64,000 bases of DNA from Eledone cirrhosa. Its lineage: Eukaryota. The first letter of the stretch is position 1; the number at the start of each line of letters is the position of its first letter. Below are positions 43,571-57,400 of the stretch, in pieces. The position numbers and the translations under genes are program-made. Below the pieces are notes generated by a model that was given only the letters and a program-made list of their open reading frames with translations, ran no database searches and was not told the origin of the DNA. The stretch spans positions 37,882,001-37,946,000 of the forward strand of contig OZ024751.1 in NCBI GenBank assembly GCA_964016885.1, written 5' to 3'.

Positions 43571-44476
43571 ATTTCACAAGCTCTGTAACAACCATTATAA
43601 CTGAAAACAGAATATTCATTTTTTCACTTTATTTATTTAATCAATTTAACTGTCCGTGTAGAGCTGGTAAGCCATGACAGACTGGGAAAAGCATCTAATA
43701 TCACTTATATGACCAAGAAAAAAAAATAAGGAGAAAGTAGTACAGATACAAACCAACTAAATGGTTCTGGGTTGTTTTTTTTATTATTCTATTGTAGTCT
43801 TCATGAATTGGCAGAAATGACTGGTGGAATCTTTAAAACATTATTTCCTTTCCAGCCAGCGAAGTCTTTCAAGAATCATATTTAAAATGTCCCCCCCAGA
43901 TAAGCCATGTCAGACAGAAAAAAAGTTTAGTACTGTTTCTTATATGTAAAACGAAATAAAATAATGAGAGAAAATAAAAATTAGAAGAAAAACTTTTAAG
44001 GTGAAAAAACAGGACAAATAATGAAAAATAAATGTTTCTGATTTTTCTTATATTCCTCTTAAATATTTTTGAAGCCTTTCTGAACGCGAAGACCTTATTT
44101 AAGGGTGATGAATCCTTAAAAATATATTGCAGCTCCAACCTTGCTTGGTAGCTTTTATAAATGACCAATATCTCTAATAAATAATTAGGATTGGTCTACT
44201 AAACACATACAAGGATTAGAACAGCATTGTATTCAGCTTGCAAACACGTGGTTATAGATTGTTAATGTCACAGGGTATAATTACAGAGAGTATTTCCATA
44301 ATAAAAGTTCATTGATATTTCCTTCCCAGCACGATGTCGTGATCTGTTAAGGTCACAGAGTATAATTATTTATCGGGGTATTATGTATTACTGTATTAGG
44401 GACCTAATTGAAAGAGTTGAACATGTAAACGCTGAATGTCATACTGCATATATAAATATAAAAGTATTAAAACATT

Positions 44477-44523
<47 letters not shown>

Positions 44524-44632
44524 TTAAGGATACTATTTATGGTTATGTATATACTAAAACTTTTTATAGTTATATATATTTTAAACCCTAAACAGTGAAA
44601 GACAGTAATTTATTACTACCTTATTACCAGTA

Positions 44633-44717
<85 letters not shown>

Positions 44718-45195
44718 CATGCCTGACTTGGTATGAAGATACAGGCACACACACGTATATATATAAATATGTTTGTAAATATATATATATATAAGTGTGT
44801 GTGTGGGGCAGGGTTGTATGTATGTATTTCTATCTATATATTTTTTTCATAAGTGTTTTATATGTATATATACATATATGTGTGCGTGTGTGTCTAAGTG
44901 TGTATATATAGATGTATAATAGAGATAGAGAGACAAATGCGGGGTTTGAATTATTCAGTAAGCTAAGACACGTGTGGTATATTTTGTGCGCATGTGTGTG
45001 AAGAGATTATAATAAAATTTAACTTATAGAAAAACTAATCAAACGTAATTAACTTGATTTCCGATAAGAAAATATTTACTTCTTCAGCAGTACTGTGTAG
45101 TTCCATTATATCAGAGACTCGCATTAGATTATGCAATCAAACACAAGATATATGTCTTTCTAAACACACACCCACATGTATATATATACACACAA

Positions 45196-45230
<35 letters not shown>

Positions 45231-45312
45231 CAAATATAGTGTATAATTTGATTAAGAAGTCGCACGAGCATATCGTTAACTCGTCGATAAGTATATTATA
45301 GCATTGTAATAG

Positions 45313-45826
<514 letters not shown>

Positions 45827-46361
45827 CAAACATTTATAAGCTTACTTATGTGTATTGATATTGATCATTAAGTGTGTAAGTAGGTAAAAGTTGTTTCGGT
45901 ATGCATCTGTATAATACATCTCTTCTAGCTAGCTTGCTATATTGATTCATTTATATATAAATTGACATGTCCTAATGCATGGATGTAAGTTTTCAGTCGT
46001 CCTACATGCAATGTGAAAATATATAGTGATGTGGTAGAATGGAGAATGAGATGAAAGGCAGAGAACGAGTGGAAGGAGAGAGAGGGACAGGTGATAAGGT
46101 GACAGAGAGGGAATGGAAAGTATATGATAGAAAATGGTAGAGGAAGAGGCAAAGGATAAGGAAATTGGAAGAAATGGCGGTACATTTAGAGTAGGGTATG
46201 ACGACATTGAGGAAAAGAGCTACATTAGAACATATCTGATTGTTAAAGAGACTGCGGAAATATATGGAGAGCTGGTAAGTGAGAGAAAATGGTGGAGAGC
46301 TATATACAGGAATATATTACTGGGTAATACATACATATATATGTATATATATATATATATA

Positions 46362-46944
46362 AAATAATTAAGTCAGATATTTAAAATTTGGCTTCGTTTA
46401 TTAAAGGTGTACTGCTATATATATTTCGGTGACAACCATCCTTGGCTGTGACCTATTCAGGCAGTACGAATTGATGTGGTAGAGACAGGTACACATGTTG
46501 TTGAAGTGTTTAACTCCGTCAATACTCCGATATGCACAGTTCCTGGTTGGGTTGTTATTTCTCTGAGGAACTGGAATCATATGATGCCAGTTCCCCAGAA
46601 AAATAACAACCCAACCAGGAACTGGGCATTGATTCCAGTTCCTCAGAGAAATAACAACACAACCAGGAACTGGGCATATCGGAGTATTGACGGAATTAAA
46701 CACTTCAACAACACGTGTACCTGTCTCTACCACACCAATTCGGACTGCCTGAATAGGACACAGCCAAGGATGGCTGTCACCGAAATATATATAGCAGTAC
46801 ACCTTTAATAAACGAAGCCAAATTTTAAATATTTGCCTTAATTATTTCATTTTACATTACTCCGGAGTAACCAAACCAACCTTCGCACTTCGTCGAGCGC
46901 TCCAATCTGCATACTAAGGTGTCGGTGAACAACCAACATATACT

Positions 46945-46947
<3 letters not shown>
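46362..46947 (+). mobile_element. PLE-like fold-back element with about 218-bp inverted arms, each holding an HHR
   Basis: 46362-46579 is the inverse of 46630-46847 (about 10 mismatches). The spacer is an extra copy of a 46-48-bp hairpin unit. Unique 3-prime part 46848-46947, then (TA)n. Confidence 0.88.
46744..46798 (+). ncRNA. Type I hammerhead with core variant CUGAAUA (mirror copy at 46409-46467, minus)
   Basis: ACTGC-CTGAATA-GGACACAGCCA AGGA TGGCTGTCACC-GAAA-TATATA-TA/GCAGT, then AATAAA; related to the 15041 HHR. Confidence 0.8.
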
Positions 46948-46983
<36 letters not shown>

Positions 46984-46984
<1 letters not shown>

Positions 46985-47173
46985 GTTATTCCGGGTTGAA
47001 TCGGAGGTAACCACAGTAAGTAAGGTACTCAATACATAGCAGAGTATAAAAGTTTTAATGTAGATGAGATTCTACAGGACTAGAACTGTTTCATTCTTTA
47101 GAAATCATCAGGAATCTGATTCTGATGATTTCTAAAGAATGAAACAGTTCTAGTCCTGTAGAATCTCATCTAC

Positions 47174-47177
<4 letters not shown>
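46984..47177 (-). mobile_element. Family D fold-back element
   Basis: Arms 47056-47116 and 47118-47177 are near-perfect inverses; 3-prime end 46984-47055 carries the TTGAGTACC motif; TA flanks. Confidence 0.88.
47067..47117 (-). ncRNA. Type I hammerhead ribozyme, intact core
   Basis: AGATTC-CTGATGA-TTTC TAAA GAAT-GAAA-CAG TTCTAGTC CTG-TA/GAATCT. Confidence 0.85.
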
Positions 47178-47243
<66 letters not shown>

Positions 47244-47249
<6 letters not shown>

Positions 47250-47377
47250 TAATAGATTAAAGTTTAAGCAAAGAATCGCTGCTTTCACCCTTAACGGGAC
47301 CTTCTGATATAAATAAATTTATTTATCCTTATCGAGCTCTCTTTAGATTTTAGTCTTCAAATATATTATTATTACTA
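47244..47377 (+). mobile_element. Old inversion-deletion element with a decayed inverted HHR
   Basis: Minus strand CAGAAGG-TCCC GTTAA GGGT-GAAA at about 47283-47306; plus strand TCGAGCTCT motif at 47332; TA flanks. Confidence 0.45.
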
Positions 47378-47389
47378 TATATATATATA

Positions 47390-47572
47390 GGAACGAGTAG
47401 GACCCCGATGGCTGAGCTCAAGCCGTTTCGACGGCTAATTCTGGACTAAATGATTTAGTCCAGAATTAGCTCAGAATTAGCTCAGCCGTCGGGGTCCTAC
47501 TCGTTCCTCTTACCCACTCTACTACCCTAGTTATGGTTATGGTCCATCTGGTTCCTTACCACATTTCCTTCG

Positions 47573-47574
<2 letters not shown>
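47390..47574 (+). mobile_element. Family A fold-back element with internal deletions
   Basis: Centre CTGGACTAAA-TGA-TTTAGTCCAG; family 3-prime end TTCCTTCGTT. Confidence 0.85.
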
Positions 47575-47647
<73 letters not shown>

Positions 47648-47649
<2 letters not shown>

Positions 47650-47674
47650 AACGAGTAGGACCCCAGAATTCGTT
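47648..47674 (+). mobile_element. 27-bp minimal family A insertion
   Basis: GGAACGAGTAGGACCCC (inverse of the 17 nt after the GUC site) + AGAA + TTCGTT (family 3-prime terminus), within (TA)n. Confidence 0.8.
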
Positions 47675-47879
47675 ATATATATATATACAAAAAGTTATGA
47701 AACGAAAGGAGCTGTGTGGTTACTAAAAAGAAGGTTTAGGATGGTGGTTGGGACGGAACAGGAGGAGAAATATATATATATATATATACATCTATGTATA
47801 CAATATAAGGCATAGAAATTGCGGAGCTGTTAGAAGGTTGAATGCTTTGCGGTATTTGTTCTAGCTTTCTGTACTCCTA

Positions 47880-47986
47880 GGATCTCTTTTGAATGAAACT
47901 TTTCTAGTCCTATTAAATATGATGTTTACACTTTACTAATGTATTGAGTACCTTACTAAATGTGGTTACCCCCGATTGAACCCGGG
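47880..47986 (+). mobile_element. Family D diverged copy
   Basis: GAATGAAACTTTTCTAGTCC...GTATTGAGTACCTTAC...GGTTACCCCCGATTGAACCCGG. Confidence 0.7.
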
Positions 47987-48002
47987 TCTCTCTCACACAC
48001 AC

Positions 48003-48112
48003 ACAGAGTCGGGCCAGATCGATGCTGATCGAACCTTGAGCTGATCAATAGCGAAACACACGTCACAAATCTATAAAAGTAATGAAGACTTAACAAATCG
48101 TCCTTGTATTAT
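48003..48112 (+). mobile_element. Fragment of the 63421 family (HHR 3-prime half)
   Basis: CAGAGTCGGG..AGATCGAT...ATCGAACCTTGAGCTGATCA.TAGC-GAAA-CACACG-TC aligns with 63455-63560. Confidence 0.75.
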
Positions 48113-48123
48113 TATATATATAT

Positions 48124-48166
<43 letters not shown>

Positions 48167-48246
48167 AAAAAAAGGGAAATAATGATTACACTTGTAGTTC
48201 TAAATAATTTGATTTAATTTTATGATATTATAATATTATGAGTTGG

Positions 48247-48278
<32 letters not shown>

Positions 48279-49144
48279 AAGGTGTGTAGAATATTCTGAA
48301 GCTTGTTGTTTAGCCGTTGGAAGTTTAACATTCTAGGTTTCGGCAATCAGTCTTAGCCACACGTTACTGCTGTAGTGGATTATAGTTGTAAAAGCTATCT
48401 GTGGAATATGATATATCATAATGTTTCAAAATTCTGTAAGGTAATTGTCGTTCTATGAAGTGATTAGCTAAGAGGTTTAATATCTCAACCTGTGAAGAAT
48501 AACAAACAGATTGCTCTGTAATACTTGCAAGTAAATATACTAGACATCGAAGACTATCTTCTTTAGAAAATAGGACAAATGCAAATAATCTGTCGGATAA
48601 TATACCTTGGTCTAAATTTAGGTGAAAGGTTAGAATGTATTTCATTATAGACATCTAGGTTAGGGTTTGACCTGCCATTAATCAGTGACGAAGGCAACTT
48701 CACAACAATGGTTTGAATTGTGTATAGAGCTTGCCAAAAAATATTTAGAATCTCTTATACGAGCGTGGGAGAAATTGATCTCATACACTCACACACATAC
48801 ACACACACACATACATACATACACAGACACAGACAGACACAGACAGACACACACAGACACACACAGATACACACACAGACACACACATATATGTGTGTGT
48901 GTGTGTGTGTGGTCGAATGAGGGAGAATGACAAGAATGATGAGTGACAGATAATGAATGAGAGAGACGAAGACAAAAATAAAGCGAGAGTAAGAGAGTGA
49001 GAGAGTGAGAGAGTGGTCAATTGAGGGAGAGAGAAAGAGGGATGAGAATGACAAGACAGATTACGAATGAGAGTGAAAAAATGGAGCGAGTAAAAAGGGT
49101 TAAGGGGCAGATTTTGACAGAAAGAGCAGAAAGAATGAGGGATA

Positions 49145-49523
49145 AATAATTGTTTCTCCTTTTGGCACAAGGCCAGCAATTATCTCAGTGTATTACTGGT
49201 ACTTTATTTTATCGATCCGTTAAGGATGAAAGACAAAGTTAACTTCGGCGGGATTTGAACTCAGACCATAAAGGCCCGTAACTCTTTGCTGCAAAGTATG
49301 GCGTCCGACTCTCTACCGATACAGCCAATTAAATAATTGTTTCTACTTTTGGCACAAGGCCAGCAATTATCCCAGTGTATTACTGGTACTTTATTTCATC
49401 GACCCCGTAAAGATGAAAGGCAAAGTTAACCTTGGCGGGATTTGAACTCAGAACGTTAAGGGACGTAACTCTGCTGTAAAGGGTGACGTCCGACCCTCTA
49501 CCGATACTGCCAATCCACCGCCT
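49145..49523 (-). mobile_element. Two head-to-tail Meta-like SINEs (short form)
   Basis: Two reverse-complement copies, 49145-49330 and 49332-49523. Confidence 0.9.
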
Positions 49524-49924
49524 TTTAAGATTAAATAATGAGTGTTTAAATGAGAGAAAGAGTTATAGAAAGACAGACTTATTGTGCCTGAGAGGTGGAG
49601 GGATAAGAAAGGTATAAGATAAAAAATTGAAAGTATGTATGTGTATATATGTGTGCAGGTAGATATAGATAGATACACGGAAGAGAACAAGCATAAAGAA
49701 ATACGTTGGAATATATAAATAGGAAATGCTTCAAAATTAAGGTGAAAACTAGTTGGAGAGAGAGGGAGATGGGTTATTGAGAGACAGATAGAGAAAGAGA
49801 GAGAGAGACAGAGAGACAGATAGATAGAGAGAGAGAAGAGAGAACTACATAGGGTTAAAGTGAATGTGAGACAGTCAGAAGCATAAGGAGTGTTGTTAGA
49901 TAGTGAGATTGATAAATAGTGAGG

Positions 49925-49992
49925 TAGGTAGATAGATAGATGGATAGATAGATAGATAGGTAGATAGATAGGTAGATAGAGAGATAGATAGG

Positions 49993-50043
<51 letters not shown>

Positions 50044-50209
50044 GTAGGTAGGTAGATAGATAGATCGATAGTGAGGTAGAAAGATATGAAGATTGATGGA
50101 TAGATGGGAAGATATATATTTATATATAGAGAGAGAGATAGAGGGGGAGGGAGACAGACAGAGAAACAGATTGATAGATAGATAGATTGATATATATATA
50201 TATATATAT

Positions 50210-50290
<81 letters not shown>
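49925..50290. repeat. (GATA)n/(GGTA)n/(GA)n microsatellites
   Basis: Direct inspection. Confidence 0.9.
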
Positions 50291-52229
50291 CAAGTGTACT
50301 TGAGTGGAAACACAATGGACTTCGTTCCGTCATTAGCTTGAATCTTGAGAGAATATATTTCTAGAACATTAAGAGTCTTCAAATGGAGATTGATGGGACA
50401 TTTACTGAACACTAATGATGAATGCCAGACGTTAAGAGAGAGAAGGCGAGAGAGCGAGAGGCAGGTGGGAGAGGGATTGGAGAGAGTGAGAGTGTGAGCG
50501 AGAGAGAGGATGGAGAAAGATAGAGCGAAGGAGTGGAGAAAGAACGGGTCCAGAGAGATAGAGAGAGAAAGAGAGTTAAGGAGAGAGAACGGAGGTTGAG
50601 TGAGAGAGTACGGGGGTTGAGTGAGAGAGAACGAGGAGAGAGTAAGAGGAGGGGCGATGTCGTCTGCGACGGATTAGAGCATGCTGCACAAGGAAGATGG
50701 CCGCCCTTAAACCTGTTTAATCTTCTTGACAGTTGATATGTGAACCGTTCAAGATGAAGACTCCCTCATTAGTTATTCACACTGTTAACCAGGGCAGCCA
50801 TTGAAGCAGCTTTTCTTAGTTCTACTCTGCTGCTGTTGCTGTTGCTGTTGCTGCTGCTGTTGATGTTGATGTTGATGTTGTTGTTGTTGTTTGTATTGTT
50901 GTTGTTGTTTTTTTGTTTCTGTTTGTTGTTGTTGTTGTTGTTGTTGTTGCTGTGATGGCTTCTGTTGTTGGTACTGTTGTTGATGTCTTCATTTGTTTGT
51001 TGCTCTTGTTATAATGGTTGTTTTTGTTGTTACTGTTGCTGTTTTTGTTGCTATTTTCATTGTTGCAATGTCTGATTTTGTTTTGTTGTTGTTATTGCTG
51101 TTGTTGTCTTTGTTGTTGTTGTTGTTGGTGTTGTTGTTGTTGTTGTTGTTTTCTTTTTGTTGCTGTAATGACTGCTTCTTTTGCTGCTGGTGTTGCTGTG
51201 TCTAGCTATGATATAGCTGTTGTTTCTGCTGTCACAATGTCTGCTTTCGCCACTGTTGCTGATGTTGCTGCTGCTGCTGCAGCTCTTGTTGTTATGGCTA
51301 GCCATGTTGTCTCGATTGGTATTGTCTTCCTTTCGTTGTTATTGCTGCTGTTGTTGCTGTTGTTATTGCTGTTGTTGTTATTGCTGCTGTTGTCGCTGTT
51401 GTTATTGCCGTTGTTGTCGCTGTTGTTGTCGCTGTTGTTGTTATTGTTGCTGTTCGTATTTCTCTCTGTTCCTATTGTGGAAGGTTTGTTCCTATTGTGG
51501 AAGGTCTGTTCCTATTGTTTATGGTAAAATCGTTAGAGTGTTGCTGGATATTTCTTTCGGTTCTCTGCGTTCTGAGTTCTAATCCTGCCTTACTCTACTC
51601 CGCCTCTCACCCACATTGCAATCCTCTCTCATCCTTCCATCTCTCACAACCTAAAAGTTCCGCTGAAACAAAGGAATCTGGATCAAGATGTCGCAATGTC
51701 TGCTCCTGATTGCAGGAGTTCCTGAAACTCTTAACGAAAGCTTGATATATACGACTAAGTCGTACTCGATTGCGAGAGTCGGCTGTAGTTTGTAGTTTTA
51801 CTCATTCTTGCTGTTTTGATGTTGATGCTATTGTGATGTTGATGGTGTTGTTGTCGCTGTTGTCATATTGATGTTGTTGTTGATACTGTTGTGGCGCTGA
51901 TGTTGTTGATGTTGTTGTGAGGCTGAAGTTTATTTTGTGGATGCTGTTGTTGTTGCTGATGCTGTTGTTGTTGATACTGATGTCACTATTGTGATGCTGA
52001 TACTGATGATGTTATTGTGATGCTTGTGTTATTGTGATGCTGGTGTTATTGTGATGCTGGTGTTATTTTTGATGATGTTGATGTTGTTGTTGCTTATGTT
52101 GTTGTTGCTTATGTTGTTGATGCTGATACTATTGTTGTTGCTGTTGTTGTGTTGATGTTGTTGTTGCTTATGTTGTTGTTGCTTATGTTGTTGATGCTGA
52201 TACTATTGTTGTTGCTGTTGTTGTGTTGA

Positions 52230-52262
<33 letters not shown>

Positions 52263-52696
52263 GTTGATGTTTCATTAACGTTGTCTTTGTTGCTGCTTTT
52301 TCTGTTGTTTTCATTGTTTTCATTTTGTTGTTTATGTCAATGTTGTTGTTGTTATTGCTGTAGTTACTGTATTGCCGTTTTTTATATGTGTTGTTTATGT
52401 TAGTGTTTTTCTTGTTGTTTTTAATGTTGTTGTTGTTGTATCGTCTTTGTATACCGCTGCTGCTGCTGCTGCTGTTTGTGCTGCTGCAGTTGTTGTTTTT
52501 CCTGCTGCTGCTAATGCACGTATTGCTGCTGCAGTTGTTTTTCCTGCTGCTGGTATTGCAAGTATTGCTGCTGATATTTTCATTGTATTGCTGCTGCAAT
52601 TGTCATTGTTTCAGCTGATGCTGGTGATGATGATGTCATTATTATTGTCATTTCTATTGATCTTCCTATTATAGGTGCACTTAAAGTCCTTATTAT

Positions 52697-53070
52697 TGCT
52701 GCTGCAGTTGGTGTTGTTGCTGCAGTCGGTGTTGCTGCTGCAGTTGGTGTTGTTGCTGCAGTCGGTGTTGCTGCTGCAGTTGGTGTTGCTGCTGCATTTG
52801 GTGTTGCTGCTGCATTTGGTGTTGCCGCTGTAGTTGGTGTTGCTGCTGCAGTTGGTGTGCTGCTGCAGTTGGTGTTGTTGCTGCAGTCGGTGTTGCTGCT
52901 GCAGTTGGTGTTGCTGCTGCAGTTGGTGTTGCTGCTGCATTTGGTGTTGCTGCTGCAGTTGGTGTGCTGCTGAAGTTGGTGTTGTTACTTCAGTTGTTTT
53001 TATGGCTGCAGTTGTTGTTCCTGCTGCAGTTGATGTGCTGCTGCAGTTGGTGTTGTTGCTGCAGTTGTTA
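52697..53070. repeat. 18-21-bp minisatellite GTTGGTGTTGCTGCTGCA
   Basis: About 15 or more tandem copies. Confidence 0.9.
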
Positions 53071-53195
53071 TTGCTGTAGTAGTAGTAGTAGTGGTGGTGG
53101 TGGTGGTGGTGGTGGTGGTGGTGGTGGTGGTGGTGGTGGTGGTGGTGGTGGCGGTAGTGGTAGTAGTAGTAGTAGTAGTGGTGGCGGTAGTGGTA

Positions 53196-53232
<37 letters not shown>

Positions 53233-53319
53233 CAGAAGTAGCAGTAGTGGTAGTAGTGGTGGTGGTAGTGGTGCTGGTAGTAGTAGCAGTAGCAGTAGTA
53301 GTAGCAGTATAGTAGTAGC

Positions 53320-53454
<135 letters not shown>

Positions 53455-53501
53455 TGTAGTAATAGTAGTAGTGGTAGTAGTAGTAGTAGTAGTAGTAGTA
53501 A

Positions 53502-53532
<31 letters not shown>

Positions 53533-53694
53533 TGTTGTTTTTGTTTTTGTTGTTGTTGCAGTTGCTGTTGTTGTTATTGATTTTGTTTCAATTGTTGTTG
53601 TTGTTGTCGTTGTTATATATGGTGATAATATTGTTGCTGCTGCTGTTGCTGTTGTCGTTATTATCAATGCTGCTGATGTTATTAAGGATGATGC

Positions 53695-54074
53695 TGTTGT
53701 TGTTGTTGCTGTAGTTATTATTTATGTTGTTGTTGTTGTTGCTGCTGTAGTTATTATTTATGTTGTTGTTGTTGTTGTTGTTGCTGTAGTTATTATTTAT
53801 ATTGTTGTTGTTGTTGTTGTTGTTGTTGCTGCTGTAGTTATTATTTATATTGTTGTTGTTGTTGTTGCTGTAGTTATTATTTATATTGTTGTTGTTGTTG
53901 CTGTAGTTATTATTTATATTGTTGTTGTTGTTGCTGTAGTTATTATTTATGTTGTTGTTGTTGTTGTTGTTGTTGCTGTAGTTATTATTTATTTATTTAT
54001 GTTGTTGTTGTTGTTGTTGCTGCAGTTATTATTTATGTTGTTGTTGTTGTTGTTGTTGCTGTAGTTATTATTTA

Positions 54075-54105
<31 letters not shown>

Positions 54106-54215
54106 GCTGTAGTTATTATTTATGTTGTTGTTGTTGTTGTTGCTGTAGTTATTATTTATGTTGTTGTTGTTGTTGTTGTTGCTGTAGTTATTATTTATTT
54201 ATGTTGTTGTTGTTG
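53695..54215. repeat. Minisatellite GCTGTAGTTATTATTTAT-(GTT)n
   Basis: About 13 copies with variable GTT number. Confidence 0.9.
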
Positions 54216-54309
54216 TAGATATTGCTGATGTTGTTCTACTACTATTTACCTCATCTACGTATTTTTCTGTTCTTGTCATTCTTACTGCTGCACCTGCAAC
54301 TACAGAGCT

Positions 54310-54360
54310 TGTTGTCGTTGTTGTTGTTGTTACTGCTGTTGTTGTTGTTGTTGTTACTGA

Positions 54361-54445
<85 letters not shown>

Positions 54446-57400
54446 ATTGTTGTTGTTACTGATGTTGTTGTTGTTGTTGTTACTGCTGTTGTTGTTAGTG
54501 CTGTTGTTGTTAGTGCTGTTGTTGTTACTGCTGTTGTTGTTACTGCTGTTGTTGTTGTTGTTGTTACTGATGTTGTTGTTGTTGTTGTTGTTACTGCTGT
54601 TGTTGTTAGTGCTGTTGTTGTTACTGCTGTTGTTGTTACTGCTGCTGTTGTTGTTGTTGTTGTTGTTGTTACTGCTGTTGTTGTTACTGCTGTTGTTGTT
54701 ACTGCTGTTGTTGTTACTGCTGTTGTTGTTACTGCTGTTGTTGTTGTTGTTACTTCTGTTGCTGTTGTTGTTACTGCTGTTGTTGTTACTGCTGTTGTTG
54801 TTGTTGTTACTTCTGTTGTTGTTGTTGTTGTTACTGTTATTGTTGTTTCTGCTGTTGTTGTTACTGCTGTTGTTGTTACTGCTGTTGTTGTTACTGCTGT
54901 TGTTGTTACTGCTGTTGTTGTTGTTGTTACTGCTGTTATTGTTACTGCTGTTGTTGTTACTGTTGTTGTTGTTACTGCTGTTGTTGTTACTGCTGTTGTT
55001 GTTGTTGTTGTTACTGTTTTTGTTGTTACTGTTGTTGTTGTTACTGCTGTTGTTGCTGTTGTTACTGCTGTTGTTGTTGTTGTTACTGTTGTTGTTGTTA
55101 CTGTTGTTGTTGTTACTGTTGTTGTTGTTACTGTTGTTGTTGTTACTGCTGTTGTTGTTGTTGTTGTTACTGTTGTTGTTGTTACTGTTGTTGTTGTTAC
55201 TGCTGTTGTTGCTGTTGTTACTGCTGTTGTTGTTGTTGTTACTGTTGTTGTTGTTGTTGTTACTGTTGTTGTTGTTACTGTTGTTGTTGTTACTGCTGTT
55301 GTTGTTGTTGTTGTTACTGTTGTTGTTGTTACTGTTGTTGTTGCTGTTGTTACTGCTGTTGTTGTTGTTGTTACTGTTGTTGTTGTTACTGTTGTTGTTG
55401 TTGTTGTTACTGTTGTTGTTGTTACTGTTGTTGTTGTTACTGTTGTTGTTGTGACTGTTGTTGTTGTTACTGCTGTTGTTGTTACTGTTGTTGTTGTTAC
55501 TGCTATTGTTGTTGTTGTTGTTGTTGTTACTGTTGTTGTTGTTGTTACTGTTGTTGTTGTTACTGTTGTTGTTGTTACTGCTGTTGTTGTTACTGCTGTT
55601 GTTGTTACTGCTATTGTTGTTGTTGTTGTTGTTACTGTTGTTGTTGTTACTGTTGTTGTTGTTACTGTTGTTGTTGTTACTGTTGTTGTTGCTGTTGTTA
55701 CTGCTGTTGTTGTTGTTGTTACTGTTGTTGTTGTTACTGTTGTTGTTGTTGTTGTTGTTACTGTTGTTGTTGTTACTGTTGTTGTTGTTACTGTTGTTGT
55801 TGTTACTGTTGTTGTTGTTACTGTTGTTGTTGCTGTTGTTACTGCTGTTGTTGTTGTTGTTACTGTTGTTGTTGTTACTGTTGTTGTTGTTGTTGTTGTT
55901 ACTGCTGTTGTTGTTACTGCTGTTGTTGTTACTGCTGTTGTTGTTACTGCTGTTGTTGTTACTGCTGTTGTTGTTGTTGTTACTTCTGTTGCTGTTGTTG
56001 TTACTGCTGTTGTTGTTACTGCTGTTGTTGTTGTTGTTACTTCTGTTGTTGTTGTTGTTGTTACTGTTATTGTTGTTTCTGCTGTTGTTGTTACTGCTGT
56101 TGTTGTTACTGCTGTTGTTGTTACTGCTGTTGTTGTTACTGCTGTTGTTGTTGTTGTTACTGCTGTTATTGTTACTGCTGTTGTTGTTACTGTTGTTGTT
56201 GTTACTGCTGTTGTTGTTACTGCTGTTGTTGTTGTTGTTGTTACTGTTTTTGTTGTTACTGTTGTTGTTGTTACTGCTGTTGTTGCTGTTGTTACTGCTG
56301 TTGTTGTTGTTGTTACTGTTGTTGTTGTTACTGTTGTTGTTGTTACTGTTGTTGTTGTTACTGTTGTTGTTGTTACTGCTGTTGTTGTTGTTGTTGTTAC
56401 TGTTGTTGTTGTTACTGTTGTTGTTGTTACTGCTGTTGTTGCTGTTGTTACTGCTGTTGTTGTTGTTGTTACTGTTGTTGTTGTTGTTGTTACTGTTGTT
56501 GTTGTTACTGTTGTTGTTGTTACTGCTGTTGTTGTTGTTGTTGTTACTGTTGTTGTTGTTACTGTTGTTGTTGCTGTTGTTACTGCTGTTGTTGTTGTTG
56601 TTACTGTTGTTGTTGTTACTGTTGTTGTTGTTGTTGTTACTGTTGTTGTTGTTACTGTTGTTGTTGTTACTGTTGTTGTTGTTACTGTTGTTGTTGTTAC
56701 TGCTGTTGTTGTTACTGTTGTTGTTGTTACTGCTATTGTTGTTGTTGTTGTTGTTGTTACTGTTGTTGTTGTTGTTACTGTTGTTGTTGTTACTGTTGTT
56801 GTTGTTACTGCTGTTGTTGTTACTGCTGTTGTTGTTACTGCTATTGTTGTTGTTGTTGTTGTTACTGTTGTTGTTGTTACTGTTGTTGTTGTTACTGTTG
56901 TTGTTGTTACTGTTGTTGTTGCTGTTGTTACTGCTGTTGTTGTTGTTGTTACTGTTGTTGTTGTTACTGTTGTTGTTGTTGTTGTTACTGTTGTTGTTGT
57001 TACTGTTGTTGTTGTTACTGTTGTTGTTGTTACTGTTGTTGTTGTTATTGCTGTTGTTGTTACTGCTGTTGTTGTTACTGCTATTGTTGTTGTTGTTGTT
57101 GTTACTGTTGTTGTTGTTACTGTTGTTGTTGTTACTGTTGTTGTTGTTACTGCTGTTGTTGTTACTGCTGTTGTTGTTACTGCTATTGTTGTTGTTGTTG
57201 TTGTTACTGTTGTTGTTGTTACTGTTGTTGTTGTTACTGTTGTTGTTGTTACTGTTGTTGTTGTTACTGCTGTTGTTGTTACTGCTGTTGTTGTTACTGC
57301 TATTGTTGTTGTTACTGTTGTTGTTGCTGTTGTTGTTGTTGTTACTGCTGTTGTTGTTGTTGTTGTTGTTACTGTTGTTGTTGTTACTGTTGTTGTTGTT

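Noticed and set aside
46401-46808. Two similar ORFs on opposite strands
   Set aside because: Artefact of the inverted repeat; no recognisable protein.
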